From assembly GCA_965601925.1 (NCBI GenBank), contig OZ271854.1, forward strand, positions 3,104,001 to 3,168,000: DNA of 64,000 nucleotides, in the 5' to 3' direction. The stretch is from Alkalispirochaeta sp. GTDB lineage: Bacteria > Spirochaetota > Spirochaetia > DSM-27196 > Alkalispirochaetaceae. Of the stretch, positions 17,252 through 26,668 are shown piece by piece (the first letter of the stretch is position 1; every line of letters starts with the position of its first letter). The notes below the pieces were generated by a model. The model did no database searches, was not told the DNA's origin, and worked only from the letters and a program-made list of their open reading frames with translations. The translations under genes were made by a program, and so were the position numbers.

Positions 17252-19444
17252 GTGGAACTCTCCGAGAAACTCGCCATTCTTGCCGAGTCGGCAAAGTACG
17301 ACGCCTCGTGCGCCTCGAGCGGGAGTCAAAGAGCCTCCTCGGACGGTATCGGTGCCACACGTACTACCGGGGTATGCCACACATGGTCCGCCGACGGTCG
17401 GTGTGTCTCGCTATTGAAACTGCTGTACACAAACCACTGCATCTACGACTGTGCCTACTGCGTCAACCGGCGGAGTAACGATATCCGGCGGGTCTCCTTC
17501 ACCGTCGATGAGGTCGTTACGCTGACGATGGATTTCTATCGGCGTAATTACATCGAAGGGCTGTTCCTCTCTTCCGGCATCGTCGGGGACCCCGACTATA
17601 CGATGGTACGGCTCGGCCGCGTCGCGCGCCGTCTGAGGGAGGATGAACGCTTCGGCGGATACATTCACCTCAAAGTCATACCGGGTGCGTCGAGGCGGAT
17701 CGTCGACGAGGCGGGGCGGTACGCCGATCGGTTGAGCGTCAATATCGAGTTGCCCTCCGAGCGAAGCTTGGTGGCCTTGGCGCCGCAAAAGACGAAACGC
17801 ACGATCGTCGGCACGATGGGACATCTGTCGGACAAGCTTGCGGAGGTCAAAGAGGATCGAAAGCGATTATCTCGCGTGCCGAGCTTTGCGCCGGCGGGCC
17901 AATCGACACAACTCATCGTCGGCGCGAGCTCCGAGAGTGATCGCACCATTATGACGCTGTCCTCATACTTCTATCGCACCATGGGAATGCGACGCGTTTA
18001 CTACTCCGCCTACGTTCCGGTCGCCGCCGATACGCGGTTACCGCTCCTCGATTCCCCGCCGCTGCGGCGCGAACACCGCCTGTACCAAGCGGACTGGCTC
18101 ATCAGATTGTACAAGTTCGAGGTAGCTGAGCTCTTCTCCGACGACCACGAGGATATCGACGTCGATCTCGATCCCAAGAGCGGTTGGGCGTTGCGCCACT
18201 ACGACCTGTTCCCCGTCGAGGTCCACAGCGCCGACTACGAGATGCTCTTGCGCGTTCCGGGGATTGGGTTGCGCACCGCCGCGCGCATCGTACGCCTCAG
18301 AAGACGGTCGCGGATCACCTTCGACACGCTTCGCAAAATCGGGGTGGTACTGAAGCGCGCTCGATACTTCATCACCTGCGGCGGTACGTATCTGGAGTCG
18401 CGCGATCTATCGGTCGATCTGTTGCGCTCGGCACTCGTCGAAAACGCGCGCGACGTACCGCTTCGTTCGACGGTCGTGCGTCAACGAGGGTGGGGCGGCG
18501 CCCGGACGGCCGGTCAACTCACGCTCTTCGGGATAGACGAATCGCTACGGGGTGCCACGGGTCACGCTCCCGCGATACCTCCCGACGGCGACGTCTCCCC
18601 ACGTCCCGGACGCCTCGGGAACGTCGTGCGGTATCCCGACCGGCCCGGACGCGCCTTTCGATACGACGGTACGTTCACCGGCCTCGCGACCCTGTTGGAG
18701 CACCTACTCCGCGAGCCGTCCGTACCGGTCGTCTCGATCGAGCGCGCCGTCCGGACGGGGACGGTACAGTTCGAGCTCATTCCCGATGCGCTTCTCGTCA
18801 CGGCCGATCGGCGGGCCGCCGACGCATTTGTGCAACGCTTTGAGAGACTCTTGCCGGCGCGCTGGATCGAACGATTTTACTGCGCATTTCTATCGGAGTG
18901 TCCCGGTATCGAGGTCGTTCTGTCCCGTCTGTCACGCGGCCTGATACTCACCGATACACCGTCGGCGACCGATTTCACCGACCGCGGATCGTTGATCGTA
19001 GAGGTCGAAAACGCCGAGCGACGCTTGTTTCGAGAGGTACACCGTTTTTTGGGCATCCTGCGGTTTCGCGCCGCAGAACACGGGGAGTGGGTCGCCGAAG
19101 TCGAACCTGGTTGCGACGTAGTGCCGCTCCTCGCCCCCCATTTTATCCGTCGCATGCGGCATGAACGTTGGCGCATCATCGATTTGAAGCGGCGCCGCGT
19201 GGCGCTGTATGCGTCGGGGAAGCTGCACATCACCGATGACGACCTCGGCGTCGCCGATCCTCGTATCGCGGCGGCCGCAGCGGCCGAAGACGACGAACGC
19301 ACGACGGCACTCTGGCGTGACTACGTGCGCGTGATAGCCATCGAGGAGCGGACCAACAGATCGTTGCAACAGCACTTTCTCCCCAAAAAGTATTGGCGGC
19401 ATCTGCCGGAGATGGACGGCTCCGACGGCGTATCCGCGCGATAG
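17252..19444 (+). CDS. Putative DNA modification/repair radical SAM protein (TIGR03916-like) fused to TIGR03915/DUF4130-like domain
   Basis: KL.ILA.SAKYD.SC.SSG, CIYDCAYC, YIEGLFLSSG, FAPAGQSTQ, REHRLYQADWL, HhH RVPGIG, QLTLF; then YDGTF.GL...REVHR..G.LRF...HF..R...LW..Y...FLPKKYW..LPEM. Confidence 0.85.
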   Translation: MELSEKLAILAESAKYDASCASSGSQRASSDGIGATRTTGVCHTWSADGRCVSLLKLLYTNHCIYDCAYCVNRRSNDIRRVSFTVDEVVTLTMDFYRRNYIEGLFLSSGIVGDPDYTMVRLGRVARRLREDERFGGYIHLKVIPGASRRIVDEAGRYADRLSVNIELPSERSLVALAPQKTKRTIVGTMGHLSDKLAEVKEDRKRLSRVPSFAPAGQSTQLIVGASSESDRTIMTLSSYFYRTMGMRRVYYSAYVPVAADTRLPLLDSPPLRREHRLYQADWLIRLYKFEVAELFSDDHEDIDVDLDPKSGWALRHYDLFPVEVHSADYEMLLRVPGIGLRTAARIVRLRRRSRITFDTLRKIGVVLKRARYFITCGGTYLESRDLSVDLLRSALVENARDVPLRSTVVRQRGWGGARTAGQLTLFGIDESLRGATGHAPAIPPDGDVSPRPGRLGNVVRYPDRPGRAFRYDGTFTGLATLLEHLLREPSVPVVSIERAVRTGTVQFELIPDALLVTADRRAADAFVQRFERLLPARWIERFYCAFLSECPGIEVVLSRLSRGLILTDTPSATDFTDRGSLIVEVENAERRLFREVHRFLGILRFRAAEHGEWVAEVEPGCDVVPLLAPHFIRRMRHERWRIIDLKRRRVALYASGKLHITDDDLGVADPRIAAAAAAEDDERTTALWRDYVRVIAIEERTNRSLQQHFLPKKYWRHLPEMDGSDGVSAR

Positions 19445-19611
19445 AGAGCAACCGGCCGGGCTCTTCTGAGGATGGGCCGACGGTCGGGATTGCGTGGAGC
19501 GTAAAAAACGTGGCACGGTGTTCGATATATGGTTCCCGCGGCGGAGAGACCGCGTGCCACGGGCACGCGTGCGACGATACGCATAGCTCTCCGACGGACA
19601 AAGGAGAGAGG

Positions 19612-20142
19612 ATGGAACTCAAGGACGTTCGCGGTCGGTCGTCGGTCGATTATATGCTGCGTACTACCCAACAGCATCATGTGCAGCTGAGCTTTATGGC
19701 CGATCAGAAAGCGAATATTGTAATTGCGTTCTCATCGGTCGTCTTCACCGTGTCGATTACCCAAATAGCGGGCGAGCGTGTGCTGTGGGCCTTTCCCGTC
19801 CTGGCGATGTTCTCAGGGATAGCGCTCATTTTCGCCATTCAGTCCGTGTTTCCCCGGTACCGACGGTCGGAGCATAAGAATCTCGGGATTGCATTGAATC
19901 CTCTTTTCTTCGGCCATTTCACCGAGATCTCTTTTGAAGAGTACAAAAACCGCATGGCGGAGGTCATATCCGACGATACCTCGGTCTACGAGACGATCCT
20001 CCTCGACATTTACCAGATCGGCCACGTGCTGAAAAACAAGAAGTATCGCTACCTCAGGATGAGCTATCAAGTATTTTGGATGGGGCTCATAGCCGCTCTG
20101 GTGGCGGTAATCGTTCAGATGGTGCTGCACGTAATGCCGTGA
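19612..20142 (+). CDS. Pycsar-effector-like (DUF5706/PycTM) membrane protein
   Basis: H..LS.MAD.KAN.+I, two TM helices ending in P-R, N.LFFGHF, ++.+G.+L..KKYRYLR.SY..F plus a C-terminal TM; AAGGAG RBS. Confidence 0.75.
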   Translation: MELKDVRGRSSVDYMLRTTQQHHVQLSFMADQKANIVIAFSSVVFTVSITQIAGERVLWAFPVLAMFSGIALIFAIQSVFPRYRRSEHKNLGIALNPLFFGHFTEISFEEYKNRMAEVISDDTSVYETILLDIYQIGHVLKNKKYRYLRMSYQVFWMGLIAALVAVIVQMVLHVMP

Positions 20143-20239
20143 ACACCTCATGCGCGAGGAGTGGCGATTAGTTGATCATTTAGTGTGACGACGGTTCACG
20201 CCGTCTACGATGTGCAAAAATCACCGAGAGGAGAGACGA

Positions 20240-20557
20240 ATGAAGAAGCAGCGGTCCGTCGAGATTATTCGATACACGATTCCCGCCGATCAGTCGGCGA
20301 AGTTCGAGGAGGCGTACCGGCACGCCGGTGAGTATCTCAAGAGCTCCCCGTACTGTTTGGGCTATCACGTGCTCCACGGGGAGGACGAGCCGACCCATTA
20401 CATCGTTACCATCTACTGGACCTCGATTGAGGACCACCTTTCCGGCTTTCGAAAGGGCGATGACTTTCCCCGTTTTTTCGAGCTGGTCAAACCCTTTTTC
20501 AACAACATAGAGGAGATGAAACACTATTCCGAGACGGCGAACGCCTGGACTCGATAG
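20240..20557 (+). CDS. Antibiotic biosynthesis monooxygenase (ABM) domain protein
   Basis: E.IRY.I....FE.AY...L..SP.C..Y...W.S...H..GFR pattern; GAGGAG RBS. Confidence 0.8.
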   Translation: MKKQRSVEIIRYTIPADQSAKFEEAYRHAGEYLKSSPYCLGYHVLHGEDEPTHYIVTIYWTSIEDHLSGFRKGDDFPRFFELVKPFFNNIEEMKHYSETANAWTR

Positions 20558-20700
20558 CGGTGCATCGCGGCCGTCGCGGACCGGGCGTTTGGCGATGTAC
20601 CGCCTTAGAATCCATACCTCCGCGACGGACCCGTTGATCGACGCAGCGGCGAGATGCCGGCTCTTTCCAACCGGTCCTTGCAATCTGCTATACTTGGCCG

Positions 20701-23004
20701 GTGTCGAACAAACCTGGCGAAGATCGAACCGGGACCTGGGAGAAAGCACCCCATTTGGACCGACGGATCCGTCGATTGGTTCTCTTGACCGGTTTGGTGC
20801 CCAACGTGTTATTCGTGGTCTTCTCTCTCTTATACATCTCCAACGGAGTGTTTCGAACTCAAGAAGACGAGTATCGGAGAGCGGTTCTTCAGAGTACCGC
20901 GGAGGCCTATGATGAAGCCTTGGCCACGTGGGAAGCCAAACTCGCGCAGTTGGACCGATACGTGCGACTACTCTGCGACTTCCGGGGATATCCGAGCCCC
21001 TTCGACCCGGGATTTGCCCCCGACCTCAGGACCGATTGGCGATTAGTTACGGAGATCAGAGACTTTCTGAACCGATTCGTGGAAGAAAACCCCGATATTC
21101 AACGGGTAGCGTTCTTTAATCTCGGTACCGAGGTCGGGCTCGACTCAGTCGACGGATTCATCCGGGAACCCGGTGCCATACTTCCGACGGAGGAGCGGGG
21201 TCTGATCGCTACTCCGCCGTCACGCCGACGGATTTGGACCTTCATCGGTGGGCAAGCAGATGAGGAACCGCAGCGCCTCTCCCTCATCTCATTTCAGGGT
21301 TCCGGAGCGGCCAGAGAGAACCTCGGATTCTACTATCTTGAACCCTCGGAGCGGTACGTCAGGCGACCCGTTGAGCAAAAGCTCGAGATACGACGGAGTT
21401 TCCGGGTGGTCGTCGACGAACGGGGGCGTATTGTCGCTCATACGTCCGTAGCGGAGTTGCCCCCGAGGATCTCTCTCGACCGGTTGGCCGCGCCCTTCGA
21501 TCCCGCCGACTTTGCACACCACGTGGGCTACGATTTCATGCACCGTTCCGGGGCACACGCCGGCTGGAATCATTACCTTTTCTACGACCCCGTCGATTGG
21601 GTGCGCCGGCACTTCCTCCCGTTGTTCGTCATGTTTCTCGCGGCGAACGGACTCTTGTTTGTGGTCTTAGTGGCCGGCACGATCGTGGCCCGACGGATAT
21701 ATCAACCATTTCGCTTGATCCGCGGATCTCTTTCCAGCGATTTTGGTACGACGCTCCCCGATGCCAAGACTCAGGAGGTCCGTGAAATCCTCCACAACGT
21801 CAGGCGACTGCGCCAAGATTACCGCGACGAGGTGCAGACCAGGGCGGCGCTGGCCGAGCGCCTCAAGCGAGTGTACCCCGAAGCTCGAGCGCGGTTGATT
21901 GCTCGGGTCCTCCATGGATATGACATTTCGCCCGACATGGCGGAGATCCTCGATTCTCTGGGCCTGAACGAACGCGGAAGCTATCGCGTGATTGTGTTTC
22001 ATGTGTATCGAGCGACCCCGTCCGATCTGGACCGCCTGGTCTCGTCGGTCGAGGAATCAACCGCCACCGGCGCCCTTCTCTTCGCTCGGCTCGAGCCGGA
22101 GAAACCCGAGCTGATCGCGATTCTCAACGAGTCTTCAACGACTCGGGACTCGACGGGCCACGACGGTCTCGTCGATGCGGTGCGCTCGATTGCCGGCGCC
22201 GATAAACGCGAGGTGTTGGTGGTTCGAGGAGAGATCGGCAGGGGGCCGGCGGGTATCTACCACTCCTATCTGTTCGCCCGCTCGTGGCTGAGGGCGGCCT
22301 TTGTCCTCGGTCCGGGGATCGCGGACTCGGTGTCCCAAGTGCCGGGGGACTTTCACTGGCACAGGCACCGGAACGAAATTTTTGCCTCGTTGGAGGCCGG
22401 CGACATCGAAGAGGTGTCCCGCTCCTTGAAGTCCTTTGCCGAAGAAGCGAAATCCTGCCGTTTGAACGATAGCCGCGCTCGATTCTACTGCCGAACTGTG
22501 CTGAACCATGCCGCGAATCGACTACCGGCTCACCATACGGACAACGTTACTCTCGCACGTTCATTTGAGCGGTGGATTGTCGAGTTCGAGGAGCGATTCC
22601 CCTATCTTGAGGCGTTCGTTGATTTCTTAGGCGATACCTTGGCCGGAGCATCGGAGCGTAGGGACGACCGGCGCTACAGCGTTCACGCGGTCAAGACCCT
22701 CAGTCACATCCACGAGTCCTACGCCCGAAACATCGGGCTTAACGAAATTGCCGATCGTTTGCGGTTATCGGTGCCGTACCTTTCAAGGCTTTTCAAGGAG
22801 GAGGTGGGAGAGTCGTTCAAGTCCTATCTCACGCGATTCAGGATCGGCAAGGCGAAAAATCTCCTTCAGGACGGCGATCTATCGATCGGCGACGTCGCCG
22901 ATTCGGTGGGGTATCCGAATACCGGCCAGTTCATCCGAATCTTCAAGAAGTACGAGGGGCTCACGCCCGGGGACTACCGCAGACGGTGGACCGTTTTCGA
23001 TTAA
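20701..23004 (+). CDS. Membrane-anchored sensor AraC-family regulator (one-component)
   Basis: Two TM segments flank an extracytoplasmic domain; C-terminal YLSRLFKEE.G.SF..YL...RI..AK.LL...VGY...F.R.FKK..G.TP..YR. Confidence 0.85.
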   Translation: MSNKPGEDRTGTWEKAPHLDRRIRRLVLLTGLVPNVLFVVFSLLYISNGVFRTQEDEYRRAVLQSTAEAYDEALATWEAKLAQLDRYVRLLCDFRGYPSPFDPGFAPDLRTDWRLVTEIRDFLNRFVEENPDIQRVAFFNLGTEVGLDSVDGFIREPGAILPTEERGLIATPPSRRRIWTFIGGQADEEPQRLSLISFQGSGAARENLGFYYLEPSERYVRRPVEQKLEIRRSFRVVVDERGRIVAHTSVAELPPRISLDRLAAPFDPADFAHHVGYDFMHRSGAHAGWNHYLFYDPVDWVRRHFLPLFVMFLAANGLLFVVLVAGTIVARRIYQPFRLIRGSLSSDFGTTLPDAKTQEVREILHNVRRLRQDYRDEVQTRAALAERLKRVYPEARARLIARVLHGYDISPDMAEILDSLGLNERGSYRVIVFHVYRATPSDLDRLVSSVEESTATGALLFARLEPEKPELIAILNESSTTRDSTGHDGLVDAVRSIAGADKREVLVVRGEIGRGPAGIYHSYLFARSWLRAAFVLGPGIADSVSQVPGDFHWHRHRNEIFASLEAGDIEEVSRSLKSFAEEAKSCRLNDSRARFYCRTVLNHAANRLPAHHTDNVTLARSFERWIVEFEERFPYLEAFVDFLGDTLAGASERRDDRRYSVHAVKTLSHIHESYARNIGLNEIADRLRLSVPYLSRLFKEEVGESFKSYLTRFRIGKAKNLLQDGDLSIGDVADSVGYPNTGQFIRIFKKYEGLTPGDYRRRWTVFD

Positions 23005-23197
23005 CTCGATGCCGAGGCTTTTGTTGTCCTCAATAGGCCTTTGTTAACCCTCTCACAAACTCGGATCCGTTTCTCGGCGCACCGTGAGGAAGTCGCGTCA
23101 AGTATCGACATCTATGTGAAAAAGCGACAATTGACGGGACCGCGGACCGACCCAAAAATCGTGGTTACCGGGAAACCGGGGGAAGGAGAGCGGTACG

Positions 23198-24145
23198 GTG
23201 TCGGAGGCTGCGGCGATTATTCTGAGAAAACCCACCGGGAGGACGGGATCCCTTCGCCGAAGGATCTATGACCACCGTTGGGTATACCTCCTTGCTGCAC
23301 CGGGGGTTCTCTATTTTCTGGTCTTTCACTATGCACCGGCGTACTTTGCGACCGCGGCGTTCAGGGACTACAGCGTTTTTCGTCCGCTTTCGGAAGCGCC
23401 ATGGGTGGGACTGAAGCATTTCCGCGACCTCTTTGAGCGACCTTTTTTCCTGACGTCGCTGCGCAACACCCTCATCATCAGTTTCATGCAGCGTGTGCTG
23501 TTCTTTCCCCTGCCCGTGGCGCTGGCGCTTCTTATCAACGAAATCCGCCACACGGGCCCGAAACGATTCGTTCAGTCCGTCGTGTATCTCCCCCACTTCC
23601 TCTCGTGGGTCATCGTCGGAGGTATTTTCACCGCAGTGCTCTCTCCGACCGGCGGCATCGTGAACCTTATGATCGAGGCGGCGGGCGGTGATGCGATCTT
23701 CTTCATGGCGGACCGGCGCTGGTTCCGGTGGGTGCTCGCGTTCAGCGAGCTATGGAAGGAGGCGGGGTGGGGCACTATCATCTATTTGGCGGCCATGGCC
23801 GACATTAGCCCCCAGTTGTATGAAGCGGCCGCCATCGACGGAGCGACTCGTCTGCAGCGACTTCGATACATCACCCTGCCCGCCATATCGCTCGCCATCC
23901 TCGTAGTGTTTACTTTGAGTCTTCGAAAGGTACTGATGTTGTTCGAGCAGGTCTTCGTGATGTACAACCCGGCGGTCGCCGAGGTGGCGGAAACGGTAGG
24001 GACGTACACCTATGTGGTCGGCATCCGGCAGGGCGACATCTCATATTCCGTAGCGGTGGGCCTCTTTCAGGGGTTCACCTCGCTTGTGATTGTGCTGGGC
24101 CTAAACTGGGTGAGCAAGCGGGTCAAAGACTTTTCACTGTTCTAA
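23198..24145 (+). CDS. Carbohydrate ABC permease (LplB-like)
   Basis: WVGLKHF, YLPHFLSWVI, WKE.GWGTIIYLAA, LYEAA.IDGA EAA loop. Confidence 0.92.
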   Translation: MSEAAAIILRKPTGRTGSLRRRIYDHRWVYLLAAPGVLYFLVFHYAPAYFATAAFRDYSVFRPLSEAPWVGLKHFRDLFERPFFLTSLRNTLIISFMQRVLFFPLPVALALLINEIRHTGPKRFVQSVVYLPHFLSWVIVGGIFTAVLSPTGGIVNLMIEAAGGDAIFFMADRRWFRWVLAFSELWKEAGWGTIIYLAAMADISPQLYEAAAIDGATRLQRLRYITLPAISLAILVVFTLSLRKVLMLFEQVFVMYNPAVAEVAETVGTYTYVVGIRQGDISYSVAVGLFQGFTSLVIVLGLNWVSKRVKDFSLF

Positions 24146-24160
24146 TCGGGAGTTTTTTCG

Positions 24161-25027
24161 ATGGTAATCACCGACCGTTTTAGCCTCTACGATGTTCTCG
24201 TGTACTCCGCGGCGGTGGTTGTTCTGGCCGCCGTCCTGGTGCCCATACTGCACGTGGTTGCCGTCTCCCTGGAGCCGGAGATCCTCGCCGGCCGGCCCGG
24301 CCGTTTTCAGATCATACCGCGTCAAGTGACGCTCGTTGCCTACCGAGAGGCCTTCTCGCGACCGGATGTCCCTCGCGCGCTGGTGAATACCGCCTTCGTG
24401 ACCGCTGTCTCCGCGGTTCTCGGTACCGCGTGGACGGGCATGCTCGCCTACAGCTTGACGATCCGATCGCTTCCGGGGCGGAAGATACTCGCCTATCTGG
24501 CGATCTTTACCATGGTGTTCAACCTGGGCATCATACCCCGGTATCTCCTCCTGCGCGATATCGGAATACTCAACACCCTGTGGGCACTCATTCTTCCGCC
24601 GATGATGTGGGCGTCGAACCTCATTATCATGCGCGCATTCTTTGCAGCCCAGCCGGCGAGTCTCCGGGAGTCGGCGCTGATCGACGGCGCCAACGAGGTG
24701 GCGATTTTCTTCAGGATCGTAGTGCCCCTGGCAACTCCGATTATTGCCACCATATTCCTGTTCTACGCGGTGACGCGGTGGAACTCATACTTCGACGCCG
24801 CGATTTTCGTGAATCGGCAGGAGTTCAGGACGATCCAGGTCGTGCTCCGGGCCGCGCTCATCGACCTCATCGGTGATGAAACCGGCGCGTCGGAGGGCGC
24901 GTTACTCTTTGGAGACAACCTTCGGATGGCGATAGCGGTGATATCGATCCTGCCGATCGTGGTCGTCTATCCCTTTCTCCAGAAGTTCTTTGTAAAAGGG
25001 TCTCTTATCGGCGCCGTCAAAGAGTAG
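24161..25027 (+). CDS. Carbohydrate ABC permease (LplC-like)
   Basis: ESA.IDGA, LFYAV..WNSYF, YPFLQK.FVKG..IGAVK. Confidence 0.92.
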   Translation: MVITDRFSLYDVLVYSAAVVVLAAVLVPILHVVAVSLEPEILAGRPGRFQIIPRQVTLVAYREAFSRPDVPRALVNTAFVTAVSAVLGTAWTGMLAYSLTIRSLPGRKILAYLAIFTMVFNLGIIPRYLLLRDIGILNTLWALILPPMMWASNLIIMRAFFAAQPASLRESALIDGANEVAIFFRIVVPLATPIIATIFLFYAVTRWNSYFDAAIFVNRQEFRTIQVVLRAALIDLIGDETGASEGALLFGDNLRMAIAVISILPIVVVYPFLQKFFVKGSLIGAVKE

Positions 25028-25066
25028 ACGCGCCGAACCATATACGTCTTCGAAGGAGGTTAGGAT

Positions 25067-26545
25067 ATGAATCGACGATTACTCATCCTTACGTCGATGG
25101 TGCTCTTGGCTCTGGTAGGTGTACTCGGCTCGCTTGGTGCGGCCGGTACCCAGGAGGAGGCGGGCACCGACGCCGAGGGTCCCGTCAGAATCCGAATCAT
25201 GAAGTACGGGTGGGAGAACTTCGGACCGCTCTTGCCTTACATGACCGATTCGATTCGGGATCGATTCGGACTGGAGGTGGAATGGATTACGCCTGCCCGC
25301 GACACCTACGCCGAGCAGGTGAACATCATCTTCGCGTCCGGAGACTATCCCGAAATCATGGATATCAATAGGTACTCCGTCGTCGCCGAAGCGGCGGAAA
25401 ACGGCGTGCTTCTTCCCCTCGACGACGTAGTGGAAAGCCATCCGATATGGCGCGCCGTAGACCAGCAAGAGTTCTCCGCCACATCGGTCAACGGGACGAT
25501 CTACGGCTTTCTCCTTCAGCAGACGGCGCCGAACGTGATGGTCTACCGCAAAGACTGGGCCGATCGATTGGGGCTTGCCACGCCCGTCGGCCCCGATGCC
25601 CTCTTCGAGATGCTGCGGGCGTTCACCGAAGACGATCCCGACGGCAACGGAGAGGACGACACCTACGGGTTAACGTCGCGCAACGGACTGTTCGGCGACG
25701 GTCCCACCGTGTCGGAGCCCTTGTGGCGATACTTTCTGCCCGACTCTCCCCAAGAGGTCTACGTCACCGCGGACGGTACCCTCCGGCCGGTGTGGTATCA
25801 CACCGATGAGCTGATTGAGGCCATTCGGTGGGTGAACCGAGCCTACGACGAGGGGCTCATCGATCCGGAGTTCATCGTCGACGGCAAGAGCTCTCACGAG
25901 AACAAGTTCATCAACGGCTTCACCGGTGTGTGGCAAAAACAAAACATCTGGGTGCCGTCGCGGTACGAGAATATGGTCCAACTGGACCCCGAGGCCGAAC
26001 TGGCCGTCGTTCCGGCGGTTGAAAATGGGTTTGGGAGGCTAACCTACATCGCTACTCCCAACAGCAACACGACCTACATCACCGACCGCGCCGTCCCCCA
26101 TGAAGAGCGGATCAAGGAGTTTTACGCGTGGTTCCTCTCCTCAGAGGGCGCGCTCTTTCAGCAGGTCGGCCCCGAAGGGGTAACCTACACGTTCGAGGAC
26201 GGCGAGTTCACCTGGCTGTCGGACGAGTTTGAGGAAATACCCTACCAACCGGCGTCGTTGCCCTTTTCGTTTCCGCCGGTGGAGAATCCCGTCGGCCTTC
26301 ACCCGCTGGCCGCACAGCTGATCGAACAGACCGAGTTCCAGTCGGTTGCAAACGCCGACGTGTTGCTCGAACGGTCGGAGCGGTGGAGGGCGATCGCCTC
26401 CGACATCGACAAGACGATCACGGAGGTGTTGACCGAGGCGATCCTCGGCGCGATCTCCCCCGAAGAGGCGATCGAGCGAATCGAGCGGATGAACGATCGG
26501 CTCAACGTCGATGAAGCGATCGCGGAAGTGAACGCACTTCGGTAG
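25067..26545 (+). CDS. Carbohydrate ABC solute-binding protein (LplA-like)
   Basis: Signal peptide, ASGDYP, YRKDW...LGL..P, AF.E.DPDGNG.DDT; AAGGAGG RBS. Confidence 0.9.
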   Translation: MNRRLLILTSMVLLALVGVLGSLGAAGTQEEAGTDAEGPVRIRIMKYGWENFGPLLPYMTDSIRDRFGLEVEWITPARDTYAEQVNIIFASGDYPEIMDINRYSVVAEAAENGVLLPLDDVVESHPIWRAVDQQEFSATSVNGTIYGFLLQQTAPNVMVYRKDWADRLGLATPVGPDALFEMLRAFTEDDPDGNGEDDTYGLTSRNGLFGDGPTVSEPLWRYFLPDSPQEVYVTADGTLRPVWYHTDELIEAIRWVNRAYDEGLIDPEFIVDGKSSHENKFINGFTGVWQKQNIWVPSRYENMVQLDPEAELAVVPAVENGFGRLTYIATPNSNTTYITDRAVPHEERIKEFYAWFLSSEGALFQQVGPEGVTYTFEDGEFTWLSDEFEEIPYQPASLPFSFPPVENPVGLHPLAAQLIEQTEFQSVANADVLLERSERWRAIASDIDKTITEVLTEAILGAISPEEAIERIERMNDRLNVDEAIAEVNALR

Positions 26546-26551
26546 CGCCTC

Positions 26552-26578
26552 GGCGGCCGGCCCGTTCAGCCGGCCGCC
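26552..26578. terminator. GC hairpin between convergent operons
   Basis: GGCGGCCGG-loop-CCGGCCGCC just after the SBP stop; no clear U-tract. Confidence 0.4.
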
Positions 26579-26668
26579 ACGTCCCTCTCCACTCCCGACC
26601 GGTATCAAGACATCGCAACCATACGAGATACATGGACCGCCGGTGCGCGGAGCCGACGACGCGGTTTG

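Noticed and set aside
19393..19611. Upstream extension of the PycTM-like ORF
   Set aside because: Low-complexity and overlaps the previous gene; strong RBS at ATG 19612.
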